From an uncultured Lachnospiraceae bacterium (GTDB lineage: Bacteria; Bacillota; Clostridia; Lachnospirales; Lachnospiraceae), in NCBI GenBank assembly GCA_944384105.1, contig CALWSC010000041.1, positions 2,763-66,762 on the forward strand: a stretch of 64,000 bases of DNA, given 5' to 3'. Of this stretch, positions 47,441 to 54,634 are shown one piece after another. The notes beneath the pieces are model-generated. The model saw nothing but the letters and a program-made list of their open reading frames with translations, was not told the DNA's origin and made no database searches. Within the stretch, counting starts at the first letter, position 1. Each line of letters starts with the position of its first letter. The translations under genes and the position numbers were made by a program.

Positions 47441-47665
47441 TTATGCTGGAATCCAGTTCCCTATCCACTCTCCTGTGCTGCTATTATATTGACGCTTATA
47501 TATTTTACCATTCACTATCTTATATTTCCAGATAATATTATCAATACGCACTGCATCTTCAAGATTGTATTTTTCATAACTTTCAGCATAAACTACTGGG
47601 GGATTGTAAGATGTAATACAGGATACTAAAATCAAAAATGCTACTTTTATTTGTATCTTTTTCAT
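47441..47665 (-). CDS. Small secreted or lipid-anchored protein (74 aa), unknown function
   Basis: AAGGAG RBS 6 nt upstream. ATGA overlap with the BlaR1-like stop. The signal sequence MKKIQIKVAFLILVSCITS...VYA has a lipobox-like LVSC. Confidence 0.55.
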   Translation of the reverse strand: MKKIQIKVAFLILVSCITSYNPPVVYAESYEKYNLEDAVRIDNIIWKYKIVNGKIYKRQYNSSTGEWIGNWIPA

Positions 47666-48801
47666 CGCATCTCCTTATTTTTTGAATATATTGGAAGCGG
47701 AAGTGAATCTGGCAATTCGGAAAGCGTTGCTAACCTTACACCGTCCGAATATAAGTCATACATACCCTTCTCTGTTTTTATAAAATAAGCATTTTCTACA
47801 TTTATATCAAAGGAACCATCATTAGGTTCATGATATGGTTCGACCGAAAAAAAGAACAGAGCTAAAAAAACAAACATACATAGTAAAATGCCAAATGCGC
47901 TGAATTTTCTCCTGATTCCAAATCGAATAAAATGAAATCTTTGTTTCATATTCAAAGATTCGTCTCTAAAACGTAAAGAAGAGGTTCTTTGCACAGTGCT
48001 TTTTGTAGTCTTTAAGATACACTCCATATAACAAACCTTCTCCTTATCTGTTGAAAACTCTAATAGTGCGTCATCATTTCGAAATTCCAGCAGTTTATCC
48101 AGTTCTTTTCTCAGCAATCTAACAAACGGGTTCCACCAGTATAAAATAATCAGAACCTCTGTTAGCATTTTCCATATAAAATCTTTCTTTTTGAAATGCA
48201 TCATTTCATGAAGCAGAATATAATAATATTCCTCTAACGAATACTTTTTCTCCGGCAATACAATGACCGGATTTCTATATCCGTAGATAAAGGGGCTTCC
48301 ATTAAATGCTGCTGTCCTGATTTCAATGTTTCGGCAAATCCCTAGTTTTTCCTCAATCTGTTCCTTAATTCGCATTGCCTCTTTTGATGAACAAATAGAA
48401 AGTTTCTTCAATTTTACACCGTTTTGATACTCTTTCCATATAAATCGAATCCCAAAAAGTAGTATTCCAACACCCCATGTCAGACACAGAACGTGATAAA
48501 CAGGGACATCGATCAGACCTCCTCTAAACCCAATCTTCAAATCAGAATTTAAAAAGTTATACATTACAACAGGAATTCCTCTTAACCGAAAGTCATGAGC
48601 AAAAAAAACATATTGCCATGGAAAAAACATTCTAACAATAATCATCACAATCAAGCAAAAAAGAGTCTTAATTCCAAACACTCCTATTGCCTTCTGACTT
48701 CGAAACATTAACACCAGAAAAACCAGAAGAATACTAGAAATGACTAATCCATAAATAATAGAACTGGCACTAAAACAAATATATGAGTTTTCCAGCCTCA
48801 T
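47662..48801 (-). CDS. BlaR1/MecR1-like M56 peptidase signal transducer lacking a penicillin-binding sensor domain
   Basis: 379-aa ORF with multiple TM segments and an HEMMH zinc motif. A short (~70 aa) C-terminal extracytoplasmic tail replaces the transpeptidase-like sensor. ATGA overlap with the blaI-like stop. Confidence 0.8.
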   Translation of the reverse strand: MRLENSYICFSASSIIYGLVISSILLVFLVLMFRSQKAIGVFGIKTLFCLIVMIIVRMFFPWQYVFFAHDFRLRGIPVVMYNFLNSDLKIGFRGGLIDVPVYHVLCLTWGVGILLFGIRFIWKEYQNGVKLKKLSICSSKEAMRIKEQIEEKLGICRNIEIRTAAFNGSPFIYGYRNPVIVLPEKKYSLEEYYYILLHEMMHFKKKDFIWKMLTEVLIILYWWNPFVRLLRKELDKLLEFRNDDALLEFSTDKEKVCYMECILKTTKSTVQRTSSLRFRDESLNMKQRFHFIRFGIRRKFSAFGILLCMFVFLALFFFSVEPYHEPNDGSFDINVENAYFIKTEKGMYDLYSDGVRLATLSELPDSLPLPIYSKNKEMR

Positions 48802-49175
48802 TTCCCCTCTACCTCTCTGCGAAATTCTTCTAAAATATCCTCCAGCTCGTCAATCACCTTCTCCTTATCCTTCGATACCCTGAAAAATGAACTGCAAAGT
48901 TCCGACAAGGACGGCGGTTCTTTCAGAATATCCAGGGACTCCAGATATTCCTGCTCCGTCACAATCGGACGATACGCTCTTGCGTATACGGTTCCCGAGC
49001 GGCTGATTCCGGTAACCTCAATTGCTTTCTTCTTGAGCAGCTTATTCATAACATATGCAACCGTCTGCCTCGACAAATCCGGGCGGATTTCTAAAATATC
49101 TTTCACCGTACACGGCTGTTCTTCTGCCCATAATATTTTGAGTACTTCAAGCTCACGATTCGTCAATGTCTCCAT
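48798..49175 (-). CDS. BlaI/MecI/CopY-family transcriptional repressor
   Basis: 125-aa ORF. N-terminal winged helix LTNRELEVLKILWAEEQPCTVKDILE. No CopY Cys motif. AAGGAGG RBS. Confidence 0.85.
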   Translation of the reverse strand: METLTNRELEVLKILWAEEQPCTVKDILEIRPDLSRQTVAYVMNKLLKKKAIEVTGISRSGTVYARAYRPIVTEQEYLESLDILKEPPSLSELCSSFFRVSKDKEKVIDELEDILEEFRREVEGK

Positions 49176-49212
49176 CTGTATACCTCCTTTTCTTTACTAT
49201 ATCATCATTTTT

Positions 49213-49263
49213 TTTATAAGTAAACAAACATACATTGACAAACAACTTTACCAATGATAGTAT
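49213..49263. promoter_or_regulatory. Face-to-face divergent promoters sharing overlapping -35 elements
   Basis: Plus strand: TTGACA (49235-49240), 17-nt spacer, TAGTAT preceded by TG. Minus strand: TTGTCA (49236-49241), 17-nt spacer, TATAAA (49213-49218). Confidence 0.5.
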
Positions 49264-49273
49264 AGCTTTATAG

Positions 49274-49299
49274 TTATAGTATAATATATTATACTATAA
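49274..49299. promoter_or_regulatory. Perfect 26-bp palindrome (candidate BlaI-family operator)
   Basis: TTATAGTATAATATATTATACTATAA equals its own reverse complement. An extra ATAGTATA half-site at 49257-49264 overlaps the plus-strand -10 element. Confidence 0.55.
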
Positions 49300-49330
49300 A
49301 TTTTTATTCTAATTGCGAAAGGAGAATCCT

Positions 49331-50137
49331 ATGCGAAAGAAGATTGTAACAGCAGCCATACTTTCCTCCCTCCTCCTTGGAACCGCCGCCGGCTGTTCGT
49401 ACACAGAGGTGGATACTGCAATCCGCGAGGTGGTAGAGCCGGAGTCGGCGCCGGTTCCGGATGAAGAGCCTACACTGCTGACCCCGGAGGAGGGTTTTAC
49501 CTACATAGAGATCGGCGAAAGTGTACCCGATTATTATGAGTTTACGTTTCCAGGCGGTGAACTCTCATCGAGCGGAATTCAGGGACTGAGCTATACGCTG
49601 GACAGCGTTACGGTCTACCCCACGGTCTATGAATCTGGCGTCCCGTTCTCAGAGTGCCACCAGTTCCCTGACGGGGAGGCGGCGACTCAGGAGGCATATG
49701 AAAAGAATACTTTCATTCTCGCAAAGTTTACCGCGTATTATGAGAATCCCACCGGCGATCCGGCAAATGACGAGATCATGTTTTTCAATCCCTTTGAGGG
49801 AACTTACCGCTGGGGAGAAGGTTATGAAGAGTTTTCTCCCAACGGTTACGCTGACCGTGATCCGTATGTCGTCTACTTCGACAAACGTGTGCGCGAGGGC
49901 GATACCGACCTGGACGGCAATCCTGTGGATCCCATCCATCAGGGAAATATGTGCCGCGAGAGCATTGCGACCGGAGGAAGCGTAGAATTTCAGATCGGAG
50001 TGCTTGCATCCTCCAAACTGGTGGAGCAGAACAACGTCTTTCTCTATATGACCTACTCCGAGCCTCCGTCGGACAAACCGATTTACTACATTGACCTTCT
50101 GGGGAGGTTCGCCGATGAAAAATCTGCTGAAAATTGA
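49331..50137 (+). CDS. Lipoprotein of unknown function (beta-sandwich-like; possibly DUF5027-type)
   Basis: Trimmed to MRKKIVTAAILSSLLLGTAAGCSY (lipobox). AAAGGAG RBS. Confidence 0.6.
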   Translation: MRKKIVTAAILSSLLLGTAAGCSYTEVDTAIREVVEPESAPVPDEEPTLLTPEEGFTYIEIGESVPDYYEFTFPGGELSSSGIQGLSYTLDSVTVYPTVYESGVPFSECHQFPDGEAATQEAYEKNTFILAKFTAYYENPTGDPANDEIMFFNPFEGTYRWGEGYEEFSPNGYADRDPYVVYFDKRVREGDTDLDGNPVDPIHQGNMCRESIATGGSVEFQIGVLASSKLVEQNNVFLYMTYSEPPSDKPIYYIDLLGRFADEKSAEN

Positions 50138-51001
50138 GCTGAAAAAAGCCTTTTTCTCCAATTCCTTTCTCGCGGGCTTCGGCGTTCTGATGCTCTGCGC
50201 GTTCTGCAGCGCTCTGTTCGCCATCGAGAACTGGGGAGACTATAATCCGAACTATCTGTATGAATACTGCATGAAAGACGGCAGCTACACGATGAATCCG
50301 GATTTTCCGCTCTACAATCTGTTCAGTACCTGGATCGGAGCGGATACCATGTCGCTTGCGGGAACGCTGTTCTATTATCTGATGCCTGTGGGAGCCGCGC
50401 TTCCGTATGCATGGTCCTTCCACACGGAGCGCAAATCCGGATATCTGAAGAACATCGTCTCCCGCGCGGAAAAAAGCGGTACTTCCCGGCAAAGCTGACC
50501 GCAGTCTTTCTCTCCGGCGCCGCGGTCGTGCTGCTGGTCTGTCTGATCAATATTCTGATTGTGAGCGCCTTTCTGCCCGTCGGGGACAACACACAGGAAT
50601 ACACACTCTACAACCTGGTTTACTTCGGGAATCTCTGGGCGGCTCTGTTCTTTACGCATCCTTTCCTGCATATGGCGCTGTATGTGCTCCTGAACGGTCT
50701 TTACGGCGGAATCTTCGCCCTGCTGAGCGCCGCGGTCTCCTTCTATGTAAAGAATCTGCCGGCGCTTCTGCTGACGCCGTTTTTAGTTCTGCTGCTCGCC
50801 GAATATGTACAGAACGTGATTCGAACCCGCTTTTTCCCCCAGAGCCTCAATTTCCCCGAGTTTGTCCCCACGCAGTTTCTGCACGCCCGGACAGTTAACT
50901 GCCCCGTCTTCGGATGGTCAGTAGCGCTGGTCACGCTTCTGCTGCTCGGCTTTGCCCTTGGCACGATTTTATGGAGAGGTTTCAGAGATGAAATTTATTA
51001 A
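50115..51001 (+). pseudogene. ABC-2-type membrane permease split by a -1 frameshift in an A6 run (50470-50475)
   Basis: ORF 50115..50498 ends ...YLKNIVSRAEKSGTSRQS*. The -1 frame continues KRYFPAKLTAVFLSGAAVVLLV... to 51001. Together they make one ~295-aa, 6-TM permease. Confidence 0.6.
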
Positions 51002-51815
51002 ATTCTTTCGCTTTGATTTTCGATACGGTATCCTGAAGGTCTGCTGGCGGTATCTGGCGCTGGCGCTGCTGGCCGCGCTCGGCTTCTTTGAATCTCAGGC
51101 CGCGCTCCGCTCGTTCGGATACGGCAATGCATCCCTCGGCGACTATATGCTCTGCATCAGCGGCGGAATCAAGGAATTCATCCCGCTTCCCGGAGAGGTC
51201 TTCCGCGTTCCCTATCTCTGGCTGATCCACCATCTGCTCCTCCTGTATCTGACGCTGAACTATATGCCGCGCGACCTTAAGGGCTTCGGACAGCAGACGA
51301 TCTTCCGGGCAGGCAACCGCAGCGCATGGTGGCTCTCCAAATGCGCCTGGCAGATCCTCTCGGTCTGTCTTGGCTATGCGCTGGAATGGGCGGCGCTTCT
51401 TGTGCTCTCTGTCTGCACGGGCGTACGGATTTCTCTCACAGTCTCACCGTTTATAACGGATTTTATAGACTTCGGAGCAAATCTGCTTCCCTCTCCGGAT
51501 CTGAATCTGTGGATTTTTCTCACCGTTTTGCCGCTGCTTTTTACGGTATCGCTGGGGCTCCTCCAGATGAGCCTCTGCCTGTGGCTAAAGCCTGCGCTTT
51601 CCTACCTGATTCCGGTGAGTCTCTGCATTGCGTCGTCCTATACGATTCATCCTCTGCTCCTGGGCAATTACGCGATGGCGCTGCGAAGCTTGAGGGTGAT
51701 TTCAAACGGCGTCCACGCCGGCACGGGGCTGATACTACTCGTATGCCTTTCCCTTTTGAGCGCAGCCGCGGGCCTGATCCGATTTCAAAAGACAAATATT
51801 CTTGGCAGGGAGTGA
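50988..51815 (+). CDS. Polytopic membrane protein (second ABC-2-like permease subunit)
   Basis: Trimmed to MKFIKFFRFDFRYGILK (GGAGAGG RBS). About 6 TM segments. Overlaps the upstream 3' end by 14 nt. Confidence 0.5.
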   Translation: MKFIKFFRFDFRYGILKVCWRYLALALLAALGFFESQAALRSFGYGNASLGDYMLCISGGIKEFIPLPGEVFRVPYLWLIHHLLLLYLTLNYMPRDLKGFGQQTIFRAGNRSAWWLSKCAWQILSVCLGYALEWAALLVLSVCTGVRISLTVSPFITDFIDFGANLLPSPDLNLWIFLTVLPLLFTVSLGLLQMSLCLWLKPALSYLIPVSLCIASSYTIHPLLLGNYAMALRSLRVISNGVHAGTGLILLVCLSLLSAAAGLIRFQKTNILGRE

Positions 51816-51821
51816 TACAAA

Positions 51822-52478
51822 ATGGAAGTTATCTTTGAACATGTAACAAAAAGAATAGGAAACAGCACCGTCATCGACGACGTCAGCCTTGTGATACCCT
51901 CCGGTAAAATCACCGGTCTGAAGGGCGTCAACGGTTCCGGAAAAACCATGATGATGCGCCTGATGGCGGGCTTTATCTATCCGACCTCCGGCACGGTATC
52001 CGTGGACGGAAAGGTACTGGGAAAGGAGCTGTCCTTCCCGCCGGGTCTTGGCGTAATGCTTGAGAATCCCGCATTTCTGAACGATTACAGCGGCTACGAC
52101 AACCTGCTGCTCCTCGCGGATATCCGGGGCGCCGCAAACGAGCAGCGCATCCGGGAGGTTATGGAGCTCGTGGGGCTGCGGGAAAACGGGCGTAAGAAGT
52201 ACCGCAAATTTTCTCTCGGCATGAAGCAGCGCCTCGGAATCGCTGCCGCCTGCATGGAACGCCCCGACCTGCTGCTGCTCGACGAATCGACCAATTCTCT
52301 CGACGCCGACGGTGTGGAGATGGTAAAGCGAATCGTACGGATGGAAAAAGAACGCGGCGCTGCCGTCGTAATTTCCTGCCATGACGCGCAGGTTCTGGAC
52401 GAACTGGCGGATGAGGTTTTTTCTCTGCAGGCCGGCAGAATCACGGGAAGCTATATCCCCGGGAGGACAGAACTATGA
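51822..52478 (+). CDS. ABC transporter ATP-binding protein
   Basis: Walker A GVNGSGKT, signature-like SLGMKQR, Walker B LLLLDE. Confidence 0.9.
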   Translation: MEVIFEHVTKRIGNSTVIDDVSLVIPSGKITGLKGVNGSGKTMMMRLMAGFIYPTSGTVSVDGKVLGKELSFPPGLGVMLENPAFLNDYSGYDNLLLLADIRGAANEQRIREVMELVGLRENGRKKYRKFSLGMKQRLGIAAACMERPDLLLLDESTNSLDADGVEMVKRIVRMEKERGAAVVISCHDAQVLDELADEVFSLQAGRITGSYIPGRTEL

Positions 52479-53113
52479 TGTACCGGATTTTAAAAACCAG
52501 GAAAAGAAAATGTGCCGCGGCAATTTTCACCGCAGCCTGTACAGCTCTGCTCATTGTCTGGGGCATACGTTTCCGGCAGGTCAATGAGCTCGCATTTCCT
52601 CAGAAAACAGAGGTGTATTCCATGGACGAGGACGTCGCTCTGGAAGGAAATTTTTATCTGGACGGATCGGAATATACCGAAGGCTATACGGTGCGCGTGA
52701 CCGGCGCACGGCTCGCGGACTATGACGATTTTACAGAAGAATGGCGCCGGTCCGGAGAAATCTTATCTTCGCATCACTATGTGTATCTCGTGGATCTGAC
52801 CATCTCAAACAAGGGCAACACGGACGGCTATCTGCAGGTGATGGGCTGGACGCTCACGAACGGGGCGCTCGGACTTCCGCTCGACTATACGCTGTGGAAT
52901 CTCATGGATCCCGCTGTGGACGGAAAGACGGTCTTAAAGCTGCGGGAAAATTCAGAAGTCTCACTGACGCTGCCGTTTACCGCGCAGGAACTCGACGAGC
53001 TGACAGATGAAAAGGAGCTGATCCATCGCATGGAAACCAGCCCCTTTCAGCTAAATATCTGTCTGTTCCCCGTGAAAAAATCCATCACGGTTCAGTCATT
53101 TTCGGTCTCTTAA
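52475..53113 (+). CDS. N-terminally membrane-anchored extracytoplasmic protein (beta-sandwich-like; possibly DUF5028/DUF4352-type)
   Basis: 212-aa ORF. ATGA-type overlap with the ATPase stop. One TM segment (AAAIFTAACTALLIVWGI). No catalytic motif seen. Confidence 0.5.
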   Translation: MMYRILKTRKRKCAAAIFTAACTALLIVWGIRFRQVNELAFPQKTEVYSMDEDVALEGNFYLDGSEYTEGYTVRVTGARLADYDDFTEEWRRSGEILSSHHYVYLVDLTISNKGNTDGYLQVMGWTLTNGALGLPLDYTLWNLMDPAVDGKTVLKLRENSEVSLTLPFTAQELDELTDEKELIHRMETSPFQLNICLFPVKKSITVQSFSVS

Positions 53114-54634
53114 TTCTTTCAGAAATCCCGCGATCACCAGGATCATGATTATTCCCAGCGGGAACGCGGCAATGATCGACACAGTCTGCAGATTGGACAG
53201 CGTGCTCTCTGAGAAAAGAAGCCCAACCGGAAGTATCAGAAAAATCAGAGACCAGAACGCGCGCAGCCCTTTTCTCGGCTCTTCCTCGCTGCCGCCGCTC
53301 TTCTCTGAATATCCCGCGACTACCAGGCTGATCGCGTCAAACGAGCTGGCATAGAAGGCGACCATGGAGAAAATCAACACCAGAAGGGCAAACTTCGTGA
53401 CCGGAAGTTCGCTGAAAATGGTCATGACGATCTCTGACGCCGACGCGCCCCCGGCGAGCATTCCCGCCAGATCTGCCTCCCCGGCGGTCTGCATATGCAT
53501 TCCGAATCCGCCGAAAACGATAAACGACAGATACGTTCCGGCAAGTCCGCTGAACAATCCGCCGAAAATCGTCTGGCGTATGGTCCGTCCCTCGGAGATT
53601 TTCGCGATAAAGAAAGGAATCGCAACAAACCATGCCACCCAGTACGCCCAGTAGAAAATCGTCCATGTCTGTGGAAATCCGCTGCCGTTTGCTCCGGTAA
53701 GGCGCAGCGGGTCCATCCAGGTGCTCAGCCGGAAGAAGTTATCGATCACATTTCCGATCGCCGTAATTCCGGTCTCGATAATGTAAATCTTCGGTCCAAA
53801 CAGGAAAAATATCGCCAGTAGCAGCCCGAAAATTCCCACGCACGCGGACGCCAGATAGGAGATCGCCTTCATTCCCTTGAGCACGGCGATGATAAACACA
53901 GCGCCTATCATGCACAGAAGCGCCACGGAAAGTCCCTTGGAATTGGGAATCCCGAATACAACGGACGCTGCCTCGGCGAGCAGCGGCGTCGCCATCGAAA
54001 ACGTCGTCGCCGTTCCCGCAAGCAGCCCGACAATCGCGAAAGAGTCAATCACCTTTCCCGGAATCCCGTCAACGTGATGCTTCAGGATCGGGCGGCACGC
54101 CTCGGAAATTCTCTGGCGTTTCCTCTTCTTCACGAAAATCATGTAGGCGTAAGCACACGACGGAAGCATATAGAACGCCCACGGAATCGGTCCCCAGTGA
54201 AACAGGGGATACATGGAAGCCGTATCCTGACGCTGGGCCAGTGTCATCCTCCCCGTGCCGAACGGGTCCGCGTTAAAATAATACGCCCACTCAATCAGCG
54301 ACCAGTACAGAACGTCGGCAGCAAGTCCTGCGGTAAATACCATGGCTCCCCACTGAAAGTTTCCGTATCTCGGCTTCTCGAGCGTCCCAAGCCGGATCCT
54401 TCCGTGACGGGACAGCGCGATGCCGACCGCAATCAGAATCACCCCGAGACCCAAAAGGATATAGAAGAAGCCCAGCTCATTGACAAAGAAGCTCCGGATC
54501 TCATCTACCACGATCCGCGACCGCTCAGGGAAACACATCAGCAGTATGGTCAGCACGAGAATAATCGCAAGCGGAAGCGCTGTAATACTCCAGTCTATAT
54601 CGCTGTGTTTCTTATTTTCCATATTTTCTTTCAT
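53096..54634 (-). CDS. BCCT-family transporter (betaine/carnitine/choline)
   Basis: 512-aa ORF with 12 TM segments. QWGAMVFTAGLAADVLYWSLIEWAYYF matches the BCCT signature region. Confidence 0.85.
   Translation of the reverse strand: MKENMENKKHSDIDWSITALPLAIILVLTILLMCFPERSRIVVDEIRSFFVNELGFFYILLGLGVILIAVGIALSRHGRIRLGTLEKPRYGNFQWGAMVFTAGLAADVLYWSLIEWAYYFNADPFGTGRMTLAQRQDTASMYPLFHWGPIPWAFYMLPSCAYAYMIFVKKRKRQRISEACRPILKHHVDGIPGKVIDSFAIVGLLAGTATTFSMATPLLAEAASVVFGIPNSKGLSVALLCMIGAVFIIAVLKGMKAISYLASACVGIFGLLLAIFFLFGPKIYIIETGITAIGNVIDNFFRLSTWMDPLRLTGANGSGFPQTWTIFYWAYWVAWFVAIPFFIAKISEGRTIRQTIFGGLFSGLAGTYLSFIVFGGFGMHMQTAGEADLAGMLAGGASASEIVMTIFSELPVTKFALLVLIFSMVAFYASSFDAISLVVAGYSEKSGGSEEEPRKGLRAFWSLIFLILPVGLLFSESTLSNLQTVSIIAAFPLGIIMILVIAGFLKELRDRK

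Noticed and set aside
47240-49310. Calling the AT-rich islets (47.2-49.3 kb and 56.5-58.6 kb) mobile elements.
   Set aside because: I could find no integrase, transposase, recombinase, tRNA target or convincing flanking direct or inverted repeats. Only the compositional contrast supports foreign origin, so they are reported as findings and not as mobile_element features.
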